Shown: positions 46,554 to 62,485 of the stretch, one piece after another
Layout of the letters: the number at the start of each line of letters is the position of its first letter
How positions within the stretch are numbered: position 1 is the first letter of the stretch
Origin: Eledone cirrhosa
Lineage: Eukaryota
Reading direction: 5' to 3'
Length of the DNA: 64,000 nt
Assembly (NCBI GenBank): GCA_964016885.1
Contig: OZ024751.1
Span: forward strand, 12,586,001 to 12,650,000
Position numbers and translations under genes: made by a program
Notes under the pieces: generated by a model
What the model saw: the letters and a program-made list of their open reading frames with translations, nothing else
Database searches by the model: none
What the model was told of the DNA's origin: nothing

Positions 46554-46593
46554 GTGCAATGGCCATACTCGATAACGAGGGGGCAGCCATCAT
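42415..46593 (+). mobile_element. Full-length or near full-length RTE-clade LINE
   Basis: Unique 5' leader from ~42415, intact ORF, short terminal segment ..ggccatactcgataacgagggggcagccatcat; boundaries approximate, no TSD identified. Confidence 0.85.
42822..46367 (+). CDS. RTE ORF: APE endonuclease + reverse transcriptase + three C-terminal C2H2 zinc fingers (1181 aa)
   Basis: WNVRTL, ALSETR, YAPT, GDFNA, LDYV, TDH; [37 protein letters not shown]; CSVC..HLRSH, CQTC..HAKVH, CRLC..HIRSQH. Confidence 0.96.
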   Translation: MMFRNNVNEIIANLGSGTKGIIGNKGRGPKLSQPGPARHRAIVIEPNRAFSLGCWNVRTLLDGDSLERPERRTALVAKELRRYDLDIVALSETRLAGDGHLTEFCGEYTFFWKGRDEGTRREAGVGFAVKTVLVNKLEEFPVGISERLMSMRVPLDKGRYATLVSVYAPTMNSVDEEKLSFYHALKGVLRNIPQADKVIVLGDFNARVGRDFNTWNVIGRHGVGKCNSNGMLLLQMCEELDLCVTNTMFQQKNKFKTTWMHPASKEWHLLDYVLVRMRDRQDVRCVRVLRGAECWTDHRLVRAKVNLITKRKIRAPGVTLPKRLNAARLKDKNVKRTLEEEMQAADLGEDWPTLKKSVYDVGRRVLGLVQRKHQDWFDEKDVHIDDLLADKRRALSRYLTAGPRERNTLHEELRDVKSRVRRSLSQMKDQWWSEKAGEIQTASDCNNTKLLYSLLREVYGPSSSLVTPIRSRDGKELLRDSQGILRRWREHFDDLLNQPSVVSEDFLNLIPESPVKVALAEPPTLVEVAVAISKLNSGRSPGMDGIHAELLQYGGERLLQHLHSLFGGIWANESVPEDWRDAVMVVLYKGKGNRNDCGNYRGISLLSVVGKVLCRVLLDRLLTHIADCVLPESQSGFRVGRGTTDMIFSARQLQEKCIEQGLDLYQVFVDLTKAFDTVNRDALWKVLQKLGCPDKFLALVRSFHDDMKAWVNVGGNMSEPISVKNGVKQGDIPAPTLFAIYFAMVFCVAFRNCEHGVYIRYRTSGSIFNIRRFAAKTKVFTSVIRDLLYADDCDLVAHTESDMQHILNVFSDACTALGLTVSLKKTVVMYQPAPGGQYTEPNIYVYGKRLGVVDQFVYLGSTVNRYGNLDGEISLRIRKASDAFGKLERRLWGRRDICRRTKVKVYRACVLSCLLYACETWVTYRRHLKQLERFHQMCLRRIHGVRWRDHISDVEILESSMCDSIEALVLRQRLRWSGHLARMKDSRIPKQLFYGELVKGKRPPHKPKKRYKDSLKASLKDANISADTWENIAADRNKWRKTVYEGKVAFEASRIAHEKVKRDVRKGIAVALPDGEGPPMFLTCSVCARLCLSKAGLESHLRSHKVRPVVDYQAAVGDATHHACQTCGRECKSAGGLKRHAKVHELQPQPTIPSKCFGCRLCARHFRSLAGLKSHIRSQHC

Positions 46594-46912
46594 GTATATA
46601 TATATGTATGTATATATATATGTATGTATATATGTATGTATGTATATATGTATATATATATGTATGTATGTATATATGTATATATATATGTATGTATATA
46701 TGTATGTATATATATATGTATGTATGTATATATATGTATATATATATATATGTATATGTATATATATGTATATGTATATATATATATGTATATGTATATA
46801 TATGTATATGTATGTATATGTATATATATATATGTATATGTATATATATGTATATATATGTATATGTATATATATATATGCATATATATATATGTATGTA
46901 TATATATATATG

Positions 46913-46943
<31 letters not shown>

Positions 46944-47028
46944 ATGTATATATATATATGTATGTATATATATGTATATGTATATATATATATGCATATA
47001 TATATATGTATGTATATATATATATATG

Positions 47029-47059
<31 letters not shown>

Positions 47060-47143
47060 ATGTATATATATATATGCATATATATATATGTATGTATATA
47101 TATATGCATATATATATATGTATGTATATATATATATGCATAT

Positions 47144-47190
<47 letters not shown>

Positions 47191-47816
47191 GTATGTATAT
47201 GTATATATATATATGTATATATATGTATATATATATGTATATGTATATATATATATGTATATATATGTATATATATATATATGTGTATATATATATATAT
47301 GTATATATATATGTGTATATATATATGTGTATATATATATATATGTGTATATATATATGTGTATATATATATATATGTGTATATATATATGTGTATATAT
47401 ATATGTATATATATATATATATGTATATATATATGTATATGTATATATATGTGTATATATATACTGTATATGTATATATATGTGTATATATATATGTATA
47501 TGTATATATATGTGTATATATATATGTATATGTATATATATGTGTATATATATATGTATATGTATATATATATGTATATATATATATGTGTATATATATG
47601 TGTATATATATATGTATATATATATATATGTGTATATATATATGTATATATATATGTGTATATATATATGTATATGTATATATATGTATATGTATATATA
47701 TGTATATATATATATGTGTATATATATATGTATATGTATATATATATATGTATATATATATATGTGTATATATATATGTATATATATATATATATATGTG
47801 TATATATATATATGTG

Positions 47817-47847
<31 letters not shown>

Positions 47848-47983
47848 GTGTATATATATGTATATATATATATGTGTATATATATATGTGTATATATGTA
47901 TATAGATATATATTTATATGTATATGTATATATATATATATGTATATATATGTGTGTATATATGTATATATATGTATGTATAT

Positions 47984-48073
<90 letters not shown>

Positions 48074-48152
48074 CTATATATATATATGTATATGTATATA
48101 TGTATATGTATGTATATGTATTTATATGTATATATATGTATGTATATGTATG

Positions 48153-48186
<34 letters not shown>

Positions 48187-48252
48187 TGTATATATATATA
48201 TATGTATTTATATGTATATATATGTATGTATATGTATGTATATATATGTATG

Positions 48253-48295
<43 letters not shown>

Positions 48296-48352
48296 GTATG
48301 TATATATATGTATGTATATGTATGTATATATATGTATGTATATGTATGTATG

Positions 48353-48385
<33 letters not shown>

Positions 48386-48556
48386 GTATATATATGTATG
48401 TATATATATGTATATATATGTATGTATATATATGTATATATATGTATGTATATGTATGTATATGTATGTATATATATGTATATATATGTATGTATATATA
48501 TGTATATATATGTATGTATATGTATGTATATGTATGTATATATATGTATATATATG

Positions 48557-48593
<37 letters not shown>

Positions 48594-48620
48594 GTGTATA
48601 TGTATATATATGTGTATATA

Positions 48621-48657
<37 letters not shown>

Positions 48658-48662
48658 ATATA

Positions 48663-48703
<41 letters not shown>

Positions 48704-49218
48704 GTGTATATATATATATATATACATGTGTATATATATATATATATATATATGTGTATATATATATGTATATATATATATATATATATATACATGTGTA
48801 TATATATATGTATATATATATATATATATACATGTGTATATATATATGTATATATATATATGTGTATATATATATGTATATATATATATATGTGTATATA
48901 TATATGTATATATATATATATGTGTATATATATATGTATATATATATATATATGTGTATATATATATGTATATATATATATATATATGTGTATATATATG
49001 TGTATATATATATGTATATATATATATATGTGTATACATATATGTATATATATATGTATATATATATATATGTGTATATATATATATATGTGTGTATATA
49101 TATATGTATATATATATATATATATGTGTATATATATATGTATATATATATATATGTATATATATATGTATATATATATATGTGTATATATATATGTATA
49201 TATATATATATATATGTG

Positions 49219-49249
<31 letters not shown>

Positions 49250-49424
49250 GTGTATATATATATGTATATATATATATGTGTATATATATATGTATATATA
49301 TATATGTGTATATATGTGTATATATATATGTATATATATATGTGTATATATGTGTATATATATATGTATATATATATATATGTGTATATATGTATGTATA
49401 TATATATATATGTGTATATATGTG

Positions 49425-49457
<33 letters not shown>

Positions 49458-49462
49458 GTGTA

Positions 49463-49505
<43 letters not shown>

Positions 49506-49570
49506 GTGTATATATGTGTATATATATATATATATGTGTGTATATATATATGTGTATATATATATATATA

Positions 49571-49601
<31 letters not shown>
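46594..49601. repeat. Degenerate (TA)n/(TATG)n microsatellite
   Basis: Direct reading. Confidence 0.97.
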
Positions 49602-49730
49602 GGAAAGTTATATTTAAATTGTTGGGTTACAACTAGTAAATATTTATAACTGATATAAAAGCACTCGACAAGTATTTGGAGTATATTTACGATATTAAAT
49701 AAATGGAAACTATATTTATAAAACCATATT

Positions 49731-49796
49731 TATTTCATTATATATATTTCAGGGATATCATATTAACAATATGCTATGCCTTCCTCAGACAAAATA
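49731..49796 (-). ncRNA. Hammerhead ribozyme (inverted arm)
   Basis: Reverse complement of 53662-53727. Confidence 0.72.
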
Positions 49797-50794
49797 CAAT
49801 ATAGACAGTTTTATAGATAAATAGATTTGACATACCGTACAACATCGACTTGTATTTGAAAAGTTGAATTGGCAGTGAAAAGATTGTAAACAGAAAGAAA
49901 GAAAGAGAGAAAAAAGGAAAGAAAGACAGAAAACGAAGAAAAAGAAGAAAAAAGAAGAAATGCATGGAACAAAATAGAGAGATGGAAAGATAGATAAAGA
50001 GAAGAACTTCATGTAAAGAAAAAGAGAGAGATATATATAGAGAGAGGAAATAGATAGAGATAGATATATATATATATATAGAAAAATAGGTAGTTGGACA
50101 TCCGTTGAGTAAACGTATCAATGATACATTTATTTATTTATTTATTTATTTAGCTCTAGTATTAATGTAAGGGAGATATATGTGGTTAGGAGAGAAACCA
50201 GCTGTTATATAGAGAGAAAAATGAAAAGTAACCAGACATAGGCGAGGCATAAAAACCCTATGTTTTAATGTAGAAGTATTAGTATGTATAAAAAATCAGG
50301 CACTATATTGTAAATATCAGTATTCCTGAATGAGACACGTATCCATAATGTGTGAAAAGTAATGATCTTATGTTTAGTTTTAAAATTCATATGTTTATAT
50401 GATAACTACAAACATCGATGTGAATTTACATGATCAACTCTGCAAACCCTAAGTTCACACGGAGAACATTCTCATTGTGCTATAAAAATTTAAGTATATA
50501 CATATGTGTATATATATACACACACATATATATAGAGTCTATATTACTACTATTCTTGTCTTTACTCTACATGATTATCTATCAAGCAGAAAAAGAGAGC
50601 AGATTTCAATATATTAATAAAAAAATATATCAAAAAATAACAATAATAATAATAATAAATAATAATAAAATAGAAAACTAAAAAATATTACGAAAAAATA
50701 TTACATATTAAAAATATTACATATTAAAAATAAAAATATTAGAAAATACTACAATAATAAAAACAAACCACAAAGATCAACCCTTCAAAATTAA

Positions 50795-52348
50795 TTGACA
50801 ATATATTGCCAAGTTCATTATAAGCATCAGAGTCGAAGAACTGGAGAGGTTGTTGAGTGGTTTATGCAAATTAAATATAACAATAATAATAAGTTTATTC
50901 AACTTGATATTGCTAACTATTATTCTTCTATTACCCCTAATCTACTAAATAAGGCACTAAATTACGCATTCAAACATACAGACCTAACTAGCAATGAAAT
51001 GCATATTATATTATCGGCTAGGAAAACATTAATAGAATTTAATGACCAACTATGGACCAGAGCAGATAGAGATAGCAATTTTGACATTACTATGGGATCA
51101 TCCGACTCAGCTCAGGTAACTGACCTTGTGGGCGTATTTTTAATCAATTCGCTACATAGGAAAATACCTGGTACTACCGGAGGTTTATATAGAGATGACA
51201 TGCTTTTACTTATTGATAATAATAACTCTGAAATAAATAGAAAATGTAAACAAATTACACAATTTTTTAATTACTTTAATCTTAAAATAGAAATTGAGAA
51301 CAACCATAGAATAGTCAATTTCCTAGATATAACATTAAATCTCAACACATGTCTTCACTATCCTTTTCACAAGTTGAATGAAAACTTAAACTATGTCAGC
51401 TTTAACTCTAACCACCCCAGATCTGTCAAAAACACTATAGTAAACTCTGTTCAAAAACGTATCTCTAGAATCTCGTCTAATAGAAAGATTTTCGACGAAA
51501 AAGCCCAGTACTACAATGAAGCGTTAGCTAGAGCAGGATATATTGATAAGATTATGTACATAGATAATGATAGACAAACTAAACAAAATAACAACTATTT
51601 TAATTACGGCAACAACCTTAACAACTATAATAGAAAGCATTACAATAATTCCAAAGGCCAAAAAAGAAATAGAACTAGGAACATAATTTGGTTTGCCCCC
51701 CCTTTCTCACTAAACATTAAAACCCACATCGCTAAACTATTTTTTAAAGCTCTTGATAATCGCTTCCCTAGAACACATAGGTATCACTCAATTTTCAATA
51801 GACATACTATAAAATTAACCTACTCATCCACCAAAAATTTAGCACAAAATATTAATAGAATAAATAATAGGAACTTAAAACCTAATGATAATAGCATAAA
51901 TAATATACAAGTTAACAAATGTAACTGTAGAGATAGATCTAAATGTCCGTTAAATGACAACTGCTTAGTTAAAAATATAATATACAATTGTAATGTTAAA
52001 ACTGACTCTAATTCTTTTAACTACGTCGGTTCCACATCGACGGAATTTAAACTTCGCTATAATAACCACAAGAATTCTTTCACAGATCCAAGCAAAAAAT
52101 CTTCAACGGCACTATCAGGCGTACTCTGGCAACTTAAGCTAGAAAACGTTAGATATTCGACGGCTTGGAATATAGTCTCAAGAGGGATTCCTTTTAATTC
52201 ATCCTCTGAGACATGTGACCTCTGCGCAGAGGAGATATTCTTTATACTAAAATCTAAAAATTCCCTTAATCTACGGACAAATTTATTCAGTTGCTGCAAA
52301 CATAGATTAAACTCAACTTTTAAATATAAATTTAAATTTAAAATGTAG
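50795..52348 (+). CDS. PLE RT + GIY-YIG, 5'-truncated (genuine homology from ~50838; the first ~14 codons come from the inverted arm)
   Basis: FIQLDIANYYSSI, FDITMGSSDSA, GLYRDD, IIWFAPPFS, CNCR..CPL..CL, NIIY..YVG..FKLRYNNH, CDLC..E..LN..CKH; clade assignment from motif recall. Confidence 0.9.
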   Translation: MTIYCQVHYKHQSRRTGEVVEWFMQIKYNNNNKFIQLDIANYYSSITPNLLNKALNYAFKHTDLTSNEMHIILSARKTLIEFNDQLWTRADRDSNFDITMGSSDSAQVTDLVGVFLINSLHRKIPGTTGGLYRDDMLLLIDNNNSEINRKCKQITQFFNYFNLKIEIENNHRIVNFLDITLNLNTCLHYPFHKLNENLNYVSFNSNHPRSVKNTIVNSVQKRISRISSNRKIFDEKAQYYNEALARAGYIDKIMYIDNDRQTKQNNNYFNYGNNLNNYNRKHYNNSKGQKRNRTRNIIWFAPPFSLNIKTHIAKLFFKALDNRFPRTHRYHSIFNRHTIKLTYSSTKNLAQNINRINNRNLKPNDNSINNIQVNKCNCRDRSKCPLNDNCLVKNIIYNCNVKTDSNSFNYVGSTSTEFKLRYNNHKNSFTDPSKKSSTALSGVLWQLKLENVRYSTAWNIVSRGIPFNSSSETCDLCAEEIFFILKSKNSLNLRTNLFSCCKHRLNSTFKYKFKFKM

Positions 52349-53391
52349 TATATTTAGTTTGATTTATAATTATTTGGGAAACTAGCCGATAAATCTTTCG
52401 ATTTCTTCTTTTTATTCTTCTTTTTATTTTTATTTTTATTTAAACATTCTTCATGAAAAATTAAACTACCCTAAAAGTTGATGCTCCAAATATTTCGAAT
52501 AAACGTTACACTAGATAAACTTCTATATTAAATATAAGAACACATGTAGACCAAATGGGCATCCTAAACTTTTTGAAATGATTTTTGCTAGACGCGATTT
52601 GATAAATAATTTTTAGCTTTATCTGCTTTCGACTCTGATGCTTATAATGAACTTGGCAATATATTGTCAATTAATTTTGAAGGGTTGATCTTTGTGGTTT
52701 GTTTTTATTATTGTAGTATTTTTTAATATTTTTATTTTTAATATGTAATATTTTTAATATGTAATATTTTTTCGTAATATTTTTTAGTTTTCTATTTTAT
52801 TATTATTTATTATTATTATTATTGTTATTTTTTGGTTTTTGTTTTTGATATATTTTTTTATTAATATATTGAAATCTGCTCTCTATTTCTGCTTGATAGA
52901 TAATCATGTAGAGTAAAGACAAGAATAGTAGTAATATAGACTCTATATATATGTGTGTATATATATACACATATGTGTATACTTAAATTTTTATAGCACA
53001 ATGAGAATGTTTTCCGTGTGAACTTAGGGTTTGCAGAGTTGATCATGTAAATTCACATCGATGTTTGTAGTTATCATATAAACATATGAATTTTAAAACT
53101 AAACATAAGATCATTACTTTTCACACATTATGGATACGTGTCTCATTCAGGAATACTGATATTTACAATATAGTGCCTGATTTTTATACATACTAATACT
53201 TCTACATTAAAACATAGGGTTTTTATGCCTCGCCTATGTCTGGTTACTTTTCATTTTTCTCTCTATATAACAGCTGGTTTCTCTCCTAACCACATATATC
53301 TCCCTTACATTAATACTAGAGCTAAATAAATAAATAAATAAATAAATGTATCATTGATACGTTTACTCAACGGATGTCCAACTACCTATTT

Positions 53392-53425
<34 letters not shown>

Positions 53426-53661
53426 ATTTCCTCTCTCTATATATATCTCTCTCTGTTTCTTTACATGAAGTTCTTCTCTTTATCTATCTTTCCATCTCTC
53501 TATTTTGTTCCATGCATTTCTTCGTTTTCTGTCTTTCTTTCCTTTTTTCTCTCTTTCTTTCTTTCTGTTTACAATTTTTTCACTGCCAATTCAACTTTTC
53601 AAATACAAGTCGATGTTGTACGGTATGTCAAATCTATTTATCTATAAAACTGTCTATATTG

Positions 53662-53727
53662 TATTTTGTCTGAGGAAGGCATAGCATATTGTTAATATGA
53701 TATCCCTGAAATATATATAATGAAATA
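53662..53727 (+). ncRNA. Type I hammerhead ribozyme at the PLE 3' terminus
   Basis: tattttgt-CTGAGGA-aggcatagcatatt(gtt)aatatgatatccct-GAAA-tatata-TA-atgaaata. Confidence 0.72.
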
Positions 53728-53770
53728 AATATGGTTTTATAAATATAGTTTCCATTTATTTAATATCGTA

Positions 53771-55569
<1,799 letters not shown>

Positions 55570-57265
55570 ACAAGACTGCATGAAGAAATGGCAACCATTA
55601 ACCACTTAGACATAACGGAGGAGGATGTGGTCTACGCTATTGATGAAATTAGAACAGACTCGGCTGCTGGACCTGATGGACTCCCAGCAGTTCTCATAAA
55701 AATATGTAAGCGGGCTTTAACTCCACTGAAGATGCTCTTCAGAAGCTCCTTTGCTAGCGGTGTAATACCCAGGGAGCTGAAAGAAGGCACAATATGCCCT
55801 ATCCATAAATGAGGTAGCAGAGCGGAGGCCAAAAACTATAGGCCAGTCTCCCTGACGTCTTATATCAGTAAGGTCATGGAGCGAGTCGTCAGAAAGAAAC
55901 TGATCACTTTCCTCGAGGAAAATGACCGCCTGACTACCACGCAACATGGCTTCCGCCCAGGAAGAAGCTGCCTTACACAGCTGCTACATCACTACGACTG
56001 GGTACTGAGACAACTACTAGACAGTTCACATGTGTACGTGATATATCTTGACTTTGCGAAGGCATTTGACAAGGTCGACCACTGAAAAGTAGGTGAGTGG
56101 CTGCATGGCTTCCTCAGGGACAGAAGCCAGGCAGTCGCAGCAAATGGGGCCCTCTCAAAGGAAACATCAATAACAAGTGGGGTGCCCCAGGAGACGGTCA
56201 TGGGACCACTACTGTTTTTGGTGGCTCTCTCAGACATGCCCTCTGTAGTACATACAACAACATTCCTTACTAGCTATGCTGATGACACTAAGGTAGCACA
56301 GGCAATCAAAAACCCGGTGGACGCTGCCCTTTTACAGCAGGATCTGGATGCCATATACAAATGAGCGGAAGAAAACAACATGCAGTTTAATGCTGGCAAA
56401 TTCCAAGCCCTACAATACAAACCTGCAAACAAACCTGCAAACACAAATATAGTGTAACACAACTACACAGGACCAGGAGGGACCGATATCCCCGAGTCAA
56501 AATCGATAAGAGTCCTAGGCATAGACATGAGCGATGATGCATCTTTTTCTTCACACATCATGAAAGTGGTGACAATGTGCAGACGACTCGCTGGCTGGAT
56601 CTTGAGGACTTTCCGGACAAGAGATCGAGACACCATGTTGACCCTATGGAGGAGATTTGTCCTAAGCCGCCTGGACTACTACTCCCAGTTGTGGTCACCA
56701 CATAGTGTCAAACTAACCACGGAGCTTCAGGCAATCCAGCGAAGCTACACCAAGAGGATTGCCAAGATGAGGGAGACGAGCTACTGGGAGAGGCTAAAGG
56801 AACTGAACCTCTACTCCTTGGAAGGAAGACGGGAGAGATACGCAGTGATCTACATGTGGAAAACCCTGGGACTAGCACCAAACTTTGGCATTGGGAGAAG
56901 GACCAACCGTCGAACAGGACGTCACTGTGTGGTGCCAAAGGTCCCGTCTTCCACATCTAGAATAAGGAGCTGGTATTGCAATAGCCTGGGATACAAGGGC
57001 CCTCAACTCTGCAACAGGCTGCCGAGGGATCTGGGAGATTTGCATGACGTGGAGGTGGATGTCTTCAAGAAACATCTCGACACCTTGTTATCCAGGATCC
57101 CGGATGAGCCCACAGCAAGACACGAGGGAAACCTAAGGGCATCAGCAACAAACTCCCTCTTACACCAGTGGCCAACCTATACAGGCTGGAGATAAAATGT
57201 GTAGCAACAAGGGCGGTGCCGCAGCATGGCCTCAGCCGGATGGCTGAAACAGGTAAAAGAGTATA
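55570..57265 (+). pseudogene. Decayed, 5'-truncated CR1-type LINE RT region and 3' end
   Basis: SAAGPDG, NYRPVSLTS, QHGFRPGRSC, YLDFAKAFDKVDH, SGVPQ, SYADD; in-frame stops and a deletion after KVDH. Confidence 0.92.
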
Positions 57266-58595
<1,330 letters not shown>

Positions 58596-58654
58596 CCAGT
58601 CTGTATTTCAGTTTTGTGTACATGACCTTTATCATTATATAAAATGTCTTTATT

Positions 58655-59486
58655 TGTCTTTCTTTCTCTTTCTTTCCCCCTCACCCTGTCGTCTCTCTCT
58701 CCCTCCTACTCTCACCCAACCTACTCCCACCCACTCCTACCCAACCTACTCCCACCCACTCCCACCCAACCTACTCCCACCCACTCCCACCCAGCCTACT
58801 CCTCCTTTATCCCCTTCCTTCTTTCTCCTTTTCCCAAACCTCCCACTCTTCTCTTTCTCCTCTCCCCTCTCTTTCCCTCCTGTCTTTTTTTACTCCTCTT
58901 CACCTCTCACCCAACTCCTCCTCACCTCTCACCCAACTCCTCCTCACCTCTCACCCAACCCTCCTCCTCACCTCTCACCCAACCCTCCTTCTCCTCTCCC
59001 ACCCAACTCCTCCTCTATCCTCTCCCACCCAACTCCTCCTCTATCCTCTCCCTCCCCCACTCCTCCTCTATCCTCTCCCTCCCCCACTCTCCTCCTCGTC
59101 TATCTTCCTCTATCCTCTCCCTCCCTCACTCTCCTCCTCGTCTATCTCCCTCTACCCTCCTCCTCCTCTACCCTCCTTCTCTACCCCCCTTCTTCTCTAT
59201 CCCCCCTCTACCATCCTCCCCCTCTATCCTCCTCCTCCTCTATCATCCCCCTCTATCCTTCCCCTCCAACCTCCTCCTCCTCATCCTCCCCTATCCTCCT
59301 CCCCTATCCTCCTTCTCTCTCCTCCCCCTCTACCCCCCTCTATATCCTCCTCCTCCTCTATCCTCCCCCTCTATCCCCCCATCTATCCTCCCCTAATCCT
59401 CCTCCTCCTCCCCCCCTATCCTCCCCTCTATCCCTCCTCTCTCCTCCACCTCTATTATCCCCCACCATCCCCCTCCTCCACCTCCT
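58655..59486. repeat. Pyrimidine-rich low-complexity tract (cccaacctact / tcctcc motifs)
   Basis: Almost G-free plus strand. Confidence 0.92.
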
Positions 59487-59617
59487 GTGTCAGAAGTAGA
59501 TCCACTGCTGTGATAGAGTCACCTCCTCTACACTACAACAGTCGTCTATTGTAAAAGACTTTATAGTTTCCTATCTTGCTATCTGAACCCTTCTTACTTT
59601 ACTCATGTAACCTAGTT

Positions 59618-60327
<710 letters not shown>

Positions 60328-60611
60328 CATGCATACACATGCACATAGATACACATACACACAGTCACGCACGCACAGTCACACACACACTCACATGCAT
60401 ATACATACATGCGTACACGTATACAAACATATATACTCATTCAAACACATACATACAGACGTACACGTAAACACATATACTCATACACACATACACACGA
60501 CCGCATGTGCGCATGCAAATTCATATATGCATCCATCCACACACACGCATACATACATTCATATAGGCGTAGATATAAACATACATATAGCCTGGTCTGA
60601 TATATTTTATA

Positions 60612-61240
60612 CTAGCAGTGGTACCCGGCGTTGCACGATATAAGGTATTTTGGAACACGGGCCGCCAACAGACCTAATCGTGGAAAAACTGCATGCCTAG
60701 ACAATATGTAAAGAAAATAAACCAAATACTCTGATGGATGGATAATCTTTAAGATTTTCCTCGATGAAGGAAGAAAAATGTAGGTTTTCACATAATGCGG
60801 GCCCTAGGGGAACAAGAAAATAAATTTTTTTATGTGCATAATATGCCTTGAAATTTCGGGAAAATCGGCTAGACGTAACGCCTCAAAATAGCCCTAAAAA
60901 GCTGAAAAAATAAAGTTTTTCACCTAATGCGGGCCCTAGGCCTTAAAAAAGTTGGATTTACTTTCCTCACGGGATGAAGAAGAGACTGACTAATACATAG
61001 TTACAATTTCAAGGAAATCGGTCTGACGTAACGCCTCAAAAAACCCCTAAAAAGCTAAAAAAACGCAGTTTTTCACCTAATGCTGAAAAAAAGTTGAATT
61101 TTATGTGCATAACACTCCCTGAAACATAAGTAATACACATGTAAAGTTTGAAAAAAATCGATTGCGTACTTCTCGAGTTTTAGGGATTCAAACTAACAGA
61201 CACACACACAGACAGACATCCTCAGTTTTATATATATAGA
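60612..61240 (-). mobile_element. Non-autonomous Helitron
   Basis: Minus strand A|TCTATATATATAAAACTG..tgtctgtctg start; ..cgtgcaacgccgggtaccactgCTAG|T end; internal duplication (gacgtaacgcctcaaaa at ~60872 and ~61026). Confidence 0.8.
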
Positions 61241-61420
61241 TAAGCCTATTGTGCATATATAAGGGGCTTGAAATAAATATTTTCTATTTATTACAAGTAT
61301 TTTCAGAAGAGTATCGACATGATATAAAGTGTTTTGTTCAAAACCACAACACTAAACACAATCCAGGAATCGAGCCCACGACATTTTAATTAAATATCTT
61401 ATAATTATTACAATTCCCTT

Positions 61421-61700
61421 GTGAAAGCGTGGAGCCTTGTGTTAAGGGTATTGGACGTAATAATCACAATGTGGTGGGTTCGATTCCTAGTCGGTGTTGT
61501 GTGTTGTGTTTTTGAACAAAACACTTCATTTCACTTTGATACTCGGCTGAAAATGAATACAAGCACTAGCTGGGTGTTTAACCCTGCAATGGATTGGTGT
61601 CCAGTTCAGTGGGGAGTCAGGAACACTCAGTCACTTAACGCCATGCAAACCGGGATAAACACTGGCCTGATGAGCTTCCGGGCTCAAGACAGACTTCAGA
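61421..61700 (+). mobile_element. Old tRNA-derived SINE with a V/Meta-like conserved core
   Basis: B-box ggttcgattcct; aaccctgcaatggattgg..; aaaccgggataa..ggcctgatgagc; superfamily assignment uncertain. Confidence 0.55.
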
Positions 61701-62485
61701 CGTTTATATCTATATACAGCATACGGGTTAAATTGGCAGAGTCCTTACAACGTCGAAGAGAACATTTCGCAGCAGCCATTTTGATTCTCAACGCTGTGTT
61801 CATATTCTACAGTTCATTATTTCAAGATTGATAAAGTACCAATCTTGTACTGGGATCGATTCTTCTTTTATATCTCTTTCTTCCATTTTCTTTATTCTCT
61901 CTTTTTCACTAGAACAAATCGTCTTTGTTCAGAACTGGAGAGGGTTAGTGTCAGGGTTAGGATTAATGTTAGGGTTTGGGTTTTAATACAAAAGACATTA
62001 CGTATATCATTACAGTGCTCATATCACTCAATCACGAGTTAAGAGCTCATGCCTACATATACACCATAGTTTAGAATGTTCTAATAGTTATAGCAGCTCA
62101 GCCTTTTGTTGTATAAGCGGCATTTTCTTGTATACACCCTGTTCCATTATCAACCCTTCTGTATACACTCTTAGGTTCGTGTTATATATTTCTAGATTAT
62201 ACACGCTTGTATATACTTGTGTATACGTCCTTCGGCAGTCTAGTCTGCCTAGTTAGGATTTTGGTCTGTACTAGTTATTGGCATTCATTGGCTGATTGTT
62301 TTCCTGATGAAAATATATCGCTCAGTCTCACTACAGTCTTAGTATATACATTGTGGTTTGAATTATATCTAATCTAATGTCTAAAAAACAAATGAGGGAC
62401 TTTATTTTCCATTTATGATATATACTTATGTTTGTCTATTACCAGGCATATCATAGTTGTGTATGATATTGTGCATGATATTTGA

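Larger units (their letters stand above)
49688..53770 (+). mobile_element. Naiad-like Penelope element: truncated ORF + long 3' region, with an inverted ~1.15-kb copy of the 3' region at its 5' end
   Basis: Arms 49688-50837 and 52628-53770 are reverse complements; (TA)n flanks; terminal hammerheads. Confidence 0.9.

Noticed and set aside
52450-52490. SECIS-like ATGA..AAA..GA downstream of the Naiad-like ORF
   Set aside because: Spacing is too short for a SECIS helix and the retained ORF has no in-frame TGA
49688-53770. DNA transposon with long TIRs
   Set aside because: Encodes RT + GIY-YIG rather than a transposase; the left arm is an inverted copy of the 3' region joined to a truncated ORF
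61665-61695. ctgatgagc..gctc hammerhead-like core
   Set aside because: No GAAA follows; it is part of the SINE tail
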